Of a DNA stretch of 64,000 nucleotides, positions 18,396-28,264 are shown piece by piece; within the stretch, counting starts at the first letter, position 1; each line of letters opens with the position of its first letter. The notes beneath the pieces are model-generated. The model ran no database searches. It was not told the DNA's origin and was given only the letters and a program-made list of their open reading frames with translations. A program made the position numbers and the translations under genes. The stretch is from Candidatus Binatia bacterium. Its GTDB lineage: Bacteria; Desulfobacterota; Binatia; UBA9968. Where the stretch lies: positions 529 through 64,528 of the forward strand of contig JBGPIK010000001.1 of NCBI GenBank assembly GCA_041484845.1, given 5' to 3'.

Positions 18396-19366
18396 ATTTA
18401 TTACTCATTACGATATTTTCTTTTTTGGCAGCCATGTCTCTTATCGTAATCGTCTTTCTGTTGCCGATGGCCGTGCAGGATACACCGCAGGCCCGCATCC
18501 GTCGACGCCTCACTGCCGTCGGCCGTATGACTTATGCCTCGAGGGCAGACATCCAGAACCTTCTTAAAACATCCGTCTTTAGTGAAGTCCCAGCCGTCAA
18601 TGCCATTCTGACTCGAATACCCATTGTGCAGCAGGTCGACTTGCTCCTCGAGCGCGCCAATGTCGATATGACGCCCGCGCTTTTTTTGCTCTGTTGCGGA
18701 GCTGCGGCGGGGGTGACGATGTTTTTGGCGGGTCTGCTTGACCAAGCTTTTTGGATTATTCTTATCAGCGGCCTCATCGCCCTCTTTTGTCCCTACGTGT
18801 ACTTGAAACTAATCACATGGCGGCGGCTTAGAAAATTTCTCGAGCAGATGCCCGACGGTCTGGACATGATTGGTCAAAGTCTACAAGCCGGTTTGGGGCT
18901 TACCCAAGCCATGGTTTTTGTAGCGAAGGAAATGCCTGATCCTCTAGGAACGGAGTTTGCGGTTTTTATCGAGGAAGTTAATCTTGGTCTTCCGCTTGCT
19001 GATGCTCTCAAGAAATTTGAAACGCGCATGAATTTACCGGAGGTGCGACTTTTTAATACTGCCCTGATGGTCCAGCGAGAAGTGGGCGGGAGTTTAGCCG
19101 AGTTGTTAAACAAGTTGGCGGATATCATCAGAGATAGATTTCGTATCGAGCGGCTTATCAAGAGTTTGACGGCGCAAAACCGGATGAGCGCTTGGACGGT
19201 AAGCGCCATTCCTCCCTTTCTTGCCGTTTTCATGTTCGTCCGCGAGCCGCAAATGATGAGTGAAATGATGGCCAATCCAATGGGCAGAGGGATGCTCGCG
19301 GCGGCGCTGGGATTGGAAGTTCTAGGCATTCTGGTGTTTCGCAAACTTATTAAGATTCATATTTAG
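18392..19366 (+). CDS. tadB: TadB (type II secretion system F family)
   Basis: T2SSF-type membrane protein; ATGA overlap with cpaF. Confidence 0.85.
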   Translation: MNLLLITIFSFLAAMSLIVIVFLLPMAVQDTPQARIRRRLTAVGRMTYASRADIQNLLKTSVFSEVPAVNAILTRIPIVQQVDLLLERANVDMTPALFLLCCGAAAGVTMFLAGLLDQAFWIILISGLIALFCPYVYLKLITWRRLRKFLEQMPDGLDMIGQSLQAGLGLTQAMVFVAKEMPDPLGTEFAVFIEEVNLGLPLADALKKFETRMNLPEVRLFNTALMVQREVGGSLAELLNKLADIIRDRFRIERLIKSLTAQNRMSAWTVSAIPPFLAVFMFVREPQMMSEMMANPMGRGMLAAALGLEVLGILVFRKLIKIHI

Positions 19367-19376
19367 AGGTTGTCCC

Positions 19377-20306
19377 ATGGAACTACTTATTACCCTTGGG
19401 GTCTTCGGCTTGGTCTCGGGATTAATCTACTTCGTGGTTTCGTCCAGAACTCCGATTTCTGACGAGGCGATACAACGACGGCTCGATAGCATTGGTTCTC
19501 AGGTCACACCGACGCGCCAATTTCGGCTCTACGATACCGAAGAGCTAACGTTCTGGGAACGCGTCACTAACTTTTTCTTTGGCAACAAGGAAATGCCCGC
19601 GCGGTTTAGCCGTATCAGTAGGCGATTGCATCAGGCCGGGTACCGCGGTGCCAGAGCCGTGCGAATTTTTTGGGGCCTGCGGATTTTTCTCGCGGTCGTG
19701 CTCGGCCTCGGCTTGATGTTTGTTGCGATGCTCAGCAAAGCCGCGATGAAGGATTTCCTTATGTTGGGAGGATTGGGAGCTCTAACCGGTTACATGCTTC
19801 CGTTTACAACGGTCTATCGCAAAGCCAAGGCGCGTGTTTTGGAAATGAAAGAGACCCTTCCCGATACGTTAGATTTGCTAGTTGTCTGTGTCGAAGCCGG
19901 AATGGGAGTCGATGCCGCGTTGAATCGCGTTGGTCGGGAGCAGAGTGCGCAGGGGCTCGCTCTCGGTGAAGAGTTGATGTTAGCGAACCAAGAGATGCAG
20001 GCCGGTGCCGTCAGAAAAGAGGCCTTGATTCGGTTGGCTGATCGGGTTGGTCTCGATGAATTTAAAGCACTTGTTACCTTCCTTACGCAAACCGAAGAAC
20101 TTGGCGGAAGCATTGCTCGCTCGCTCAGGGTCTATGCTGAAACCATGCGGGACAAGCGAAGCCAAGCAGCGGAAGAGGCGGCCCGTAAGACGGTTATTAA
20201 GCTTATTTTCCCTCTCGTGTTTTTCATCTTGCCGGCGATTTTTATCTTGATTTTGGGCCCTCCGGGTCTCCAGATCATCAAAGCGTTACAGGATCCCTTG
20301 CATTAG
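19377..20306 (+). CDS. tadC: TadC (type II secretion system F family)
   Basis: Second T2SSF paralogue in the canonical position. Confidence 0.85.
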   Translation: MELLITLGVFGLVSGLIYFVVSSRTPISDEAIQRRLDSIGSQVTPTRQFRLYDTEELTFWERVTNFFFGNKEMPARFSRISRRLHQAGYRGARAVRIFWGLRIFLAVVLGLGLMFVAMLSKAAMKDFLMLGGLGALTGYMLPFTTVYRKAKARVLEMKETLPDTLDLLVVCVEAGMGVDAALNRVGREQSAQGLALGEELMLANQEMQAGAVRKEALIRLADRVGLDEFKALVTFLTQTEELGGSIARSLRVYAETMRDKRSQAAEEAARKTVIKLIFPLVFFILPAIFILILGPPGLQIIKALQDPLH

Positions 20307-20317
20307 AGGTCGTTGCC

Positions 20318-20716
20318 ATGCCCGTGATTAACTTAACGAAGAAGACTTGGCTCGCTACAAAGGTTCGTAAGGCCGATAATTTTATTACTCGTCTTGTGGG
20401 CCTGCTGAAGAGAACTCAGCTAGGACCGGAGGAGGCGCTCTGGCTGATGCCTAGTAAAGGAATTCATACCATCGGTATGAAATTTCCAATCGACGTGATT
20501 TTCCTAAATAAGGAAAACAAGGTCCTTGGAATCAGTTCAGGTATGGCGCCGTACCGAATAAGCTGCGTAAGGCTAAGGGGATATAGTGTTCTCGAGCTGC
20601 CGACGGGCATGATTAGAAAATCCCAGACGGAAATCGGCGATCAGTTGGAAATCTCTTTGGCCGAGTCCTCAGAGATAGATGATTTGAGAGACAGCAGGCT
20701 CAGTCAAGTTGGTTAA
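20318..20716 (+). CDS. DUF192-domain protein
   Basis: MPSKGIHTIGMKFPIDVIFL..VLELP pattern of DUF192/COG1430, frequently the last gene of tad operons. Confidence 0.7.
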   Translation: MPVINLTKKTWLATKVRKADNFITRLVGLLKRTQLGPEEALWLMPSKGIHTIGMKFPIDVIFLNKENKVLGISSGMAPYRISCVRLRGYSVLELPTGMIRKSQTEIGDQLEISLAESSEIDDLRDSRLSQVG

Positions 20717-21148
20717 CGGTACGAGAACTAAGGTAGACCGTTGTTATCGAAAGAATGCTTTTTCTGCTCGCGTGGGTGAGCCATGCGAGCCTCGCCAACA
20801 CTTATTGCCGTTGTCCTCCATGGGACGTGAGATCGCGCGATTGCATTCTTTTGTCGAGGCGCACGTCGCTTAGGTGCGCTTGCGCCTCATAGTCCGGATA
20901 CTTGCCGAATTCGGACCCCATTGTTATGGCTCGCCCGAGCGCTGACACAAGAATGGCTGTGATGTTTCCTTTTGCGATCGATGGGTCGTTTCCGTCAACG
21001 TCTTATTTGTTTGGCGCCCAAAACGACAAGACGCTAAACAACATCAAAGTATAAATCTTCGATATCCCGTGAGCGTTAAATTTGTTTTAAGCAGAGGTAG
21101 CAAAAGTTAAACAGAAGGCAGCCCCGGCCATCGTTAGCCAGTGTTTTT

Positions 21149-22834
21149 ATGGCGCTAATGGATCAACGGTTCATAAATCGGCTTGGAGCAAAGCTACCAG
21201 CCGCCTCCAAAAGCATAGACTTTTCCTTCGGAAACCGTCATTACATAATTCTGCTTTCGTTTCTCCTTTGTGTAGTCAGCTATTGGGGGTTGCAAAAAGA
21301 TATCATCGGAACTTACCATGACGATGGCATCTATGTCGTAACGGCTAAATCTCTTAGCGAGGGGACCGGTTATCGCATCATAAGCTTGCCGGGCTCACCG
21401 CCTCAGACGAAATATCCTATTCTGTACTCTTATATTCTTTCCTGGGCATGGTCGGTCAGTCCCGTGTTTCCAGGAAATATCGCACTGCTGAAATCGGTCA
21501 ACATCATTTTCTTATTCTTCATTTTTATCACCGCGTATCGGTTTTACTGCACGGCAGTCGCTGAAGGGGAAATCGATGGCTATGTCTACGCCGCCTTAGT
21601 AGGTGCGAATCCGGGTATTTTTTCGTTCGCGGAGTTTGCTGTCAGTGACTTGCTTTTCGCCCTAGTCGTTATTCTGACGTGTTGGCTTTATGGCAGCCGC
21701 GATAGCGCTTGGTTCCAGGGCTGGAAAGCCGGCATCTTGGGTCTAATCTGTGTAATTGCTCTGCTTACTCGTTCTGCGGGAATTCCTTTGGCGGTGGCCG
21801 GCGCAATTCATTTTTTATGGATGCGGCGTTTTCGCGAGCTTGCGATATATGGAATAACCTTGGTTCTCGCTATTATGCCTTGGATCGGATGGCGCGTCGG
21901 TAATGCAGTTTCCGTGTCACCTTCGTCGCTGCTAGCATACTACCTCCAGTACGACGTCCATAACACGGCCTTTTATTTAATGTTCTCCGATCCGATTAAA
22001 AGTGGCGAGATGCTCTGGGCGAATTGCAGGTATCTCCTCGATTCACTGGACATGATTTGGTTGTTGCCCGTTTTTCCCCAACTCAGACTGAAGATGTTCG
22101 TGCTGAGCCTTCTTGCCGTAGGCGCATACTGCTCAATTGGGAAGCACTCGGTTTTTCTAACCGCTTTCTTTGGTTTTTACCTACTGCTTATATTGGGATG
22201 GCCTTTTAGTCCGTTTCGCTACGTCTTGCCTATCATACCGCTGCTCTTGCTCTTTGTCTTCAGGGGCATACATGCTCTAGAAAACACAATTCGGCGAATT
22301 TGGCGCGGGGCTGAGAAATTGCCGCTAAGCGTTTTGGTACGAGTTCCCGCTTATCTAATTGTTTGCCTCAACATAGCCTGGCTCGTTTCTACGGTGCAGC
22401 CGTCGAATGACCGCTGGGTAAGAGGAGCTTTCGGTCAGCGACTCGATTATTCGTGGAGCGGTTTCTTGGAAACTTTCGAATGGATTCGTGCCAATACCCA
22501 TAAGGGAGATGTGCTGGCGACCGCGTACGATCCGATGTACTACCTTTACACGGGCAGAAGAGCAATCATGCCGACCTATCACAAGCCTGAAACTTATTTC
22601 TATCCTTATGCAGGGGCAGATCCTGACGTTGGAGCGGTCGAAGAAATCAAGGGCGAATTTAGGCTCCACGACGTGCGCTACTTAATTACGAATCCGCTCG
22701 ATCAACTTCGAGAAGGGAAGGCCGTTGAAAAAGTCATCGCCGCGCTCCTGGCTTCATATTCTACGCGCCCACAGCTCGCTTTTGTGAGCCGTGACGGACG
22801 ACACAGAGTATACAAAATACGCCAAGCGGGCTAA
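21149..22834 (+). CDS. GT-C-fold (family 39/ArnT-like) membrane glycosyltransferase
   Basis: YHDDGIYVVTAKSLSEGTGY first-loop motif, more than 10 TM segments, soluble C-terminal domain. Confidence 0.65.
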   Translation: MALMDQRFINRLGAKLPAASKSIDFSFGNRHYIILLSFLLCVVSYWGLQKDIIGTYHDDGIYVVTAKSLSEGTGYRIISLPGSPPQTKYPILYSYILSWAWSVSPVFPGNIALLKSVNIIFLFFIFITAYRFYCTAVAEGEIDGYVYAALVGANPGIFSFAEFAVSDLLFALVVILTCWLYGSRDSAWFQGWKAGILGLICVIALLTRSAGIPLAVAGAIHFLWMRRFRELAIYGITLVLAIMPWIGWRVGNAVSVSPSSLLAYYLQYDVHNTAFYLMFSDPIKSGEMLWANCRYLLDSLDMIWLLPVFPQLRLKMFVLSLLAVGAYCSIGKHSVFLTAFFGFYLLLILGWPFSPFRYVLPIIPLLLLFVFRGIHALENTIRRIWRGAEKLPLSVLVRVPAYLIVCLNIAWLVSTVQPSNDRWVRGAFGQRLDYSWSGFLETFEWIRANTHKGDVLATAYDPMYYLYTGRRAIMPTYHKPETYFYPYAGADPDVGAVEEIKGEFRLHDVRYLITNPLDQLREGKAVEKVIAALLASYSTRPQLAFVSRDGRHRVYKIRQAG

Positions 22835-22843
22835 GGTTTTAAG

Positions 22844-23746
22844 ATGATTAAGGCTGCCGTTAACTTGTTGCTTGCAGCGCAGAACCCTGATGGAGGGTGG
22901 GGGTGGACTAAGGAAAGGAATAGCACCACGGAGTGCAGTTCTTTGGCGTTACTTGCGTTGGCTGCCTTGAACGACGATACTCAAGCTATCGCCATTCGCC
23001 GAGGCTTGGATTGGCTAATTCAACGGCAAAATGAGCAGGGAAGCTGGGCGTTAAGCGACTCGTTAGCGGCCCCGTCTTGGGCTACCGCAATCGCCATGCT
23101 CGCATTGAATCCCTGGCCCAAATATCACGCGCAGGTCGTAAGGGCCGGTAAATGGGTTCTAACACAAGAGGGGAAGAAGCCCGGCCTCTTGGCTAATCTG
23201 TTGCTAGCGCTATCTTTTCAAAAGAAACCGGTAATATTAAATGAGGATCTTATCGGCTGGCCGTGGACGCCAGGGACTTTCAGTTGGGTTGAACCGACGA
23301 GCTACTTCCTGATTGCGCTGAAACGAATAAGGCCGTATTTAACCGGCACCAATGTTGATGAGCGAATCAAGCAGGGCGAATCCATGATATACGACCGTAT
23401 GTGTAATGGCGGAGGCTGGAACTATGGTAACTCTGTCGTCTACGGGGAGAAGCTGTGGCCGTACGCGGATATAACCGCCATTGCCTTGATCGCGCTTCAG
23501 AATCACCGTGATGCAATGGAGAACCGCGTCAGCTTTGCTGCTCTGGAAAAGGCGGTGAAACAGGAGAATTCAGGGTTAGCGCGCAGCTGGTCGGCAATTT
23601 GCTACGAGATTTACGGAGAAGATCCCGGTTATTTGCGCAAACTCCTAATGAGTGGGTTTGAAGCAACGGGGTTCTTGGGTGAAACGAAAGCCCTTGCGCT
23701 TTATATTCTAGCGCTTGCAGGTGGAGCAAAGTACTTTCGCATGTGA
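22844..23746 (+). CDS. Prenyltransferase/squalene-oxidase repeat protein (alpha/alpha toroid)
   Basis: Repeated QNPDGGWGW, QNEQGSWAL and NGGGWNYG motifs. No DxDD catalytic motif seen. Confidence 0.75.
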   Translation: MIKAAVNLLLAAQNPDGGWGWTKERNSTTECSSLALLALAALNDDTQAIAIRRGLDWLIQRQNEQGSWALSDSLAAPSWATAIAMLALNPWPKYHAQVVRAGKWVLTQEGKKPGLLANLLLALSFQKKPVILNEDLIGWPWTPGTFSWVEPTSYFLIALKRIRPYLTGTNVDERIKQGESMIYDRMCNGGGWNYGNSVVYGEKLWPYADITAIALIALQNHRDAMENRVSFAALEKAVKQENSGLARSWSAICYEIYGEDPGYLRKLLMSGFEATGFLGETKALALYILALAGGAKYFRM

Positions 23747-23749
23747 AAT

Positions 23750-24748
23750 ATGACGATGAACCGGCGCGAATTTCTAAAAGCAACTGTGGCCGCATCCCTG
23801 TTTCCTCTGTTGGACAGTTGCGGAGGCTCGAATCGCTGGGAGCGCGAAGCCTATCGCAAGGCGCGTACCTCACGTGTAGCTATTGTGGCGGCCGAGAGCT
23901 ATGACGGACCCCTTCAAGACATTGTACTGCGGGGGCTCAAGTTATTTGGGCTTGACGTGAGAGGTAAGATCATCCTGCTTAAGCCTAATTTGGTCGAGTT
24001 CGATCCAAACGGGGTTATCAATACGCATCCTGCCCTAGTTGAGGCGGCGATCACTGCTTTCCGACGTGGCGGGGCTCGCGAGGTCATCGTGGGAGAAGGG
24101 CCGGGTCATCGTCGAGACAATGAATATCTACTTCGGGCCTCCGGTCTTTACTCCGTCATTAAGGAACATGCTATCCGCTATGTCGATCTCAATTCAGACG
24201 ACGTTCAGCCAACAACACTTCGAAGCCACTATACCCGATTCAATCAGCTGTATTTGCCCAAGACGCTGTTTCGCGCGGACCTGGTGGTCTCCATGCCTAA
24301 ACTGAAGACTCATCACTGGGCGGGTGTGACCTTGTCGTTGAAAAATATGTTCGGTGTAATGCCCGGATCCGTTTACGGCTGGCCGAAAAATGCCCTTCAT
24401 TGGGCGGGTATTCACGGCAGTATCTTAGATATAAATAGCTCGCTGCCCAGACCTCAATTCGCGATCATCGACGGCATCGTTGGAATGGAAGGGAACGGGC
24501 CTATTCAAGGCCAAGCAAAAAAAAGCGGCGTGGTGATTTTCAGCAACGATCTGGTTGCTGCCGATGCTACGGCGGCAAGACTTATGAAGATCGAGCCACG
24601 GAAGGTCAAGTATTTAGAAATGGCGGGGGAGTTCCTTGGCAATCTCGCCAATGAGTCAATTGAACAAATAGGGGAGCCACTGGAAAAATTTCAGCAGGAC
24701 TTTCGCGTGATACGAGAGTTTCAAGAACTGAAATCTCTGACGGGCTAA
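23750..24748 (+). CDS. DUF362-domain protein with twin-arginine signal
   Basis: MTMNRREFLKATVAASL (Tat motif), then KPNLV..HPALVEA..VGEGPG and KLKTHHWAGVTLSLKN, typical of DUF362. Confidence 0.7.
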   Translation: MTMNRREFLKATVAASLFPLLDSCGGSNRWEREAYRKARTSRVAIVAAESYDGPLQDIVLRGLKLFGLDVRGKIILLKPNLVEFDPNGVINTHPALVEAAITAFRRGGAREVIVGEGPGHRRDNEYLLRASGLYSVIKEHAIRYVDLNSDDVQPTTLRSHYTRFNQLYLPKTLFRADLVVSMPKLKTHHWAGVTLSLKNMFGVMPGSVYGWPKNALHWAGIHGSILDINSSLPRPQFAIIDGIVGMEGNGPIQGQAKKSGVVIFSNDLVAADATAARLMKIEPRKVKYLEMAGEFLGNLANESIEQIGEPLEKFQQDFRVIREFQELKSLTG

Positions 24749-24767
24749 AGCCGGTCCTTACGAATGC

Positions 24768-24807
24768 AAAGAGCCGAACGTTTGCCCAACGCCCGGCTCT
24801 TTTTTTG
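24768..24807. terminator. Hairpin plus T-tract between convergent genes
   Basis: AAAGAGCCG..(17-nt loop)..CGGCTCTTT followed by TTTTT. The loop is long, so strength is uncertain. Confidence 0.4.
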
Positions 24808-24827
24808 CGACCTATCGAAGCCAAAAC

Positions 24828-26249
24828 TTAACCGGCTTGGTCGTCCCCGGGAATGATCAGCTTCTGGCCGATGAAAATATAATTGGGATTTTTCAAAGTG
24901 TCGCGGTTAGCCTCGTAGATTTTCTCCCATTTGGAGACCGCATTATAAAACCGCTCAGCTAATTTGCTCAAAGTATCACCGCTTTTTACGACGTACTGTT
25001 GGGTCGCAGGGGCAGCCGTTTTCGCGGCGGGGGCCTGCGCCGATGGTTGCTTATCGGGCGTCGCCGGTACCTGCTTCGCAACCGGCTTTACTTTTTCGTC
25101 TGTTCCCGCCGGCCTAACCTTCGTCTCTACCGTAGGCGTTTTTTCCTTCGCGGCGGCGGGGCTGGAGGCGGACGCGCTTTCGACGCGTGGGGTTGTCTTC
25201 GCTACCGCTGTAGATTTGTACAGCCGGTCGATAAACCCGCTGCTATCAAGTTCTTTTATGAAAGATACGTCCACGAATTGCTCGGGACGAGCTGCACGCG
25301 CACTCGCGTCCTTCGCTCCCATTTCCCGCAGCATGATTTGAATCCCTTTTATCGTGGGGTAGGGCTTTTCCGGTATTAATGCCTGACCAATTGATTCATA
25401 AGCTTCCTGAAGGGCGTCGGGATCATCTGTTTTAAGATATTTTGCCATTATCGCCAGTGCTTCCTTGCGGTGCGTCTTCATGTAGTGAATACCTTCAACA
25501 AAACCTTTAAGGACGTTACGGACCAGTTCGGGCTGAGATTTAATTAGGTTCTGGTTTACGGCCAGTCCGGTGTGCTGGTATTCGAGCCCGAGCATTTGCA
25601 GATCCGCGAGAGTATTAAAGCCCATTTTAGTCGCCTTTGCGGTCAAGGGAATCGCGATCATGACGCCATGAATTTTTCCGGTTTCCAGCGCGCTGAAGCG
25701 GGCAGGCTGACTGCCGATTTGTATGATAGCGACGTCTTTATCGGGGATAAGGCCGTATTTTTCCAGCGCATATCGAGTAGCAAAATCCGACGACGAGCCG
25801 ATTCGGCTGACAGCGACGGCCTTGCCTTTAAGCTGATCGGGGCGAGTAATTTCCCGAGCGACGATAAGTTTATAGTCCATCGTATTCAAGAATCCCGCGA
25901 TCATCACCACGCCCGATCCCTGAAGATTGCTCTGTAGCACCGAGGTGCCCGCAACTTGGGCGGCGACTACGTCTCCCGAAATTAGTGTTTGTACGGTTCT
26001 GCTTCCGCTCTCGATGAAGATCAGTTGAGCGTCCAAACCGTATTTACGGAATATTCCGCTTTCATATGCTACCCATGCTGGCGCCTGACTGGGCGATATG
26101 CCACTGTACGCAATGACAACTTTCTTCAGGGGCTGCGGGGTTCCGGCGTCTGCGGCAAGAGCGGACGATGGAGAGAGCCCGACGACCGTTAACAATGCGA
26201 ATATAACGCGATAAAACCGATAGAAAAGATTTTCAAGGCTGGTATTCAT
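24828..26249 (-). CDS. NMT1/SsuA-TauA-like periplasmic substrate-binding protein fused to a P/A/K-rich linker and a C-terminal LysM domain
   Basis: Signal peptide; SBP core (VIAYSGISPSQAPAWVA..GLDAQLIF..); C-terminal YVVKSGDTLSKLAERFY..YEANRDTLKNPNYIFIGQKLIIPG is LysM. Confidence 0.8.
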   Translation of the reverse strand: MNTSLENLFYRFYRVIFALLTVVGLSPSSALAADAGTPQPLKKVVIAYSGISPSQAPAWVAYESGIFRKYGLDAQLIFIESGSRTVQTLISGDVVAAQVAGTSVLQSNLQGSGVVMIAGFLNTMDYKLIVAREITRPDQLKGKAVAVSRIGSSSDFATRYALEKYGLIPDKDVAIIQIGSQPARFSALETGKIHGVMIAIPLTAKATKMGFNTLADLQMLGLEYQHTGLAVNQNLIKSQPELVRNVLKGFVEGIHYMKTHRKEALAIMAKYLKTDDPDALQEAYESIGQALIPEKPYPTIKGIQIMLREMGAKDASARAARPEQFVDVSFIKELDSSGFIDRLYKSTAVAKTTPRVESASASSPAAAKEKTPTVETKVRPAGTDEKVKPVAKQVPATPDKQPSAQAPAAKTAAPATQQYVVKSGDTLSKLAERFYNAVSKWEKIYEANRDTLKNPNYIFIGQKLIIPGDDQAG

Positions 26250-26273
26250 TGCTGGTCTCCTTTTTATCCGATG

Positions 26274-27059
26274 TTACTCTCGATTTAGACGCAACATAGC
26301 CGCTTTCAGGCTGGCTCTCATTCTTTCGAGTGAACGCGCCAATTCGCCGACCTCATCGTCGCCTTGAACCGAAACGGATGCGTCCAAATTGCCGCGACTA
26401 ATTTCGTCGGCGCTCGATTTTAGCTCCAGTATCGGGCGGATGGTTTTGCCCGCGATGATAACCGAAATAGCTATACCGATCACGAGGCAAAGCGCAATCA
26501 GGCCAATAATGGGGAGGACCGTACCGCGCACGTCTTGCTGAACGGTGTCGGCCCATAACCCGACGTGGACCGCCCCTAACTGGCCGTCGAGAATAGGCGT
26601 TTGGGTTTCATAAACGGGTTTGCCGTGGATCTTTGTGGTGCGCGACGCAGAGGTCCGCTGGTTGCCGAGGTCAGATGAATCCTTCAGCTCCGCCGGAAAA
26701 GGTTGCAGGCTGCCGGCGAGAATTTCGCCTTTGGGGTCTTGGATATAGGCATAAGCGACGCCATCTAATCTCCCGTATTTGGCGATGAGCGCATCCAATT
26801 CAAGCGTGCTCTTTTTTGATACGTATCCAGCGGCGGCATCACTGAGGTTGGTTGCGATCGCGGCCGAGCGCAAGTCGACCTGTCGCTGTAGCGCATTTCC
26901 CGTGAGGATGTAAACGATGCCAATCACGCAAATGCCTAAAACAATCAGCAGGCCGCTAAAGGCGGTCGTGATCTTCCATTTCAACCCTCCGCTTTGAAAT
27001 GGCAAAGTCATGGACTTTGCAACCTTGGAGCTCTGAAAAGATAATGATTCCTGAGGCAT
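26274..27059 (-). CDS. Membrane sensor-like protein: TM, ~140-aa periplasmic domain, TM, HAMP; no output domain
   Basis: HAMP segment RPILELKSSADEISRGNLDASVSVQGDDEVGELARSLERM. The protein ends about 15 aa later. Confidence 0.75.
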   Translation of the reverse strand: MPQESLSFQSSKVAKSMTLPFQSGGLKWKITTAFSGLLIVLGICVIGIVYILTGNALQRQVDLRSAAIATNLSDAAAGYVSKKSTLELDALIAKYGRLDGVAYAYIQDPKGEILAGSLQPFPAELKDSSDLGNQRTSASRTTKIHGKPVYETQTPILDGQLGAVHVGLWADTVQQDVRGTVLPIIGLIALCLVIGIAISVIIAGKTIRPILELKSSADEISRGNLDASVSVQGDDEVGELARSLERMRASLKAAMLRLNRE

Positions 27060-27092
27060 GTCTCCTCCCGGGTAAATTAAAGGTAGATAACG

Positions 27093-27887
27093 TTAGAATT
27101 TCTTGAAATTAGAAATCTCTTGGAACATTGCTTCTTCAAATTTGTTGCGTACTTGATTGTCTGAGATTTCACGACTCATCAAGGCTATGAGTTCGTCCAA
27201 TTTGGCCTCAGGTAAAGTATCTCGCGATTCACCCAGAGCTTCGATTTGATCCCGCAGTACCATCGATGCCATCGGTCCCATCACCTCAGTGAGGATGGAT
27301 GTAAGCCGGTTTAATAGGGCCGGCGGCACGAGTTCACCCGTAGGTTTTGACGCAGGTGAAACGACCTCGACCAGACCTGATTTATGGAGATTGAAAACGA
27401 CTTTTGCGGTATAGGCGTAAGGAATACGCAACAGCTCCGCGATGTCTTGCATGCTGCGAATCCCATCGATCTTGCTGAGCACGCGCCAGCCGACGTGAGG
27501 AACGGTGATCGGACCGGTTTGTTCCTCACCGAGATCGGCAATACGAAAGACGGTCTTCCCTGACGGAACCACTTCGAGAATGCTTTCCCATTCTCGACTC
27601 ATCGCTTTCACTTCTTCGAGAATCTCCGAAGAGGTCTTTTTGATGGTGGGCGAAGGCGGTGCGCCATTCGGCAGCAAGCTGAAGGTTCCTTCTCCCCAAG
27701 TGACTGGATAAAGCAAAGCCTTTTCACCGTCGCCTATGGGGCAGGTCGCATGCACGATGCTACCATCCACGAAATAAACTTCGACGGTTTCCTTGCCGCG
27801 CGCAAGTTTGAGAATGCCACTCTTCTTGCCACCGGTTGCAAGCAGAAGAATATCGTTAAGGCTGATTTGTGCGAGATTTCCTTGCAT
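27093..27887 (-). CDS. DUF4388 (PATAN-type) domain protein
   Basis: MQGNLAQISLNDILLLATGGKKSGILKLARGKETVEVYFVDGSIVHA is the canonical DUF4388 N-terminus. Confidence 0.8.
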   Translation of the reverse strand: MQGNLAQISLNDILLLATGGKKSGILKLARGKETVEVYFVDGSIVHATCPIGDGEKALLYPVTWGEGTFSLLPNGAPPSPTIKKTSSEILEEVKAMSREWESILEVVPSGKTVFRIADLGEEQTGPITVPHVGWRVLSKIDGIRSMQDIAELLRIPYAYTAKVVFNLHKSGLVEVVSPASKPTGELVPPALLNRLTSILTEVMGPMASMVLRDQIEALGESRDTLPEAKLDELIALMSREISDNQVRNKFEEAMFQEISNFKKF

Positions 27888-27915
27888 AGTCTTGACCGGG
27901 TTAACAGATTACCTG

Positions 27916-28242
27916 TTAACGGTCCTCCATCGAACGACGAGAGTTGACTCCCACTGTAGACTTTTTCCCATGCTCGTTGGTATCATCGTGCCCATTCAGG
28001 GTGACTTTGAGCGCCTTGATAACCGCGAGACTTTTGCTGATTCCAACCATCTGATCCATGGTGGATTTAATTTGGCTCTGCAATAAGTCGACCTCTTCGG
28101 CAGATATGGTTTGTAATTGCGTTTGCAGCTCGTCGTAGAGCCGTGTGATGCCGTCGATTTGTCCCAACGACTCCGTTTTTTGGGTGATGCCTTCGTAGAG
28201 TCGAGAGATATCTTCCGTGAGATTTTGCAGTTCGTTTTTCAT
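27916..28242 (-). CDS. Small coiled-coil protein, unknown function
   Basis: ATG at 28242 lies 22 nt after the upstream stop, with AAGGAGAG upstream. The longer ORF-track start at 28365 would overlap the previous gene. Confidence 0.55.
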   Translation of the reverse strand: MKNELQNLTEDISRLYEGITQKTESLGQIDGITRLYDELQTQLQTISAEEVDLLQSQIKSTMDQMVGISKSLAVIKALKVTLNGHDDTNEHGKKSTVGVNSRRSMEDR

Positions 28243-28264
28243 ACCGTTATTCCACCCTCTCTCC

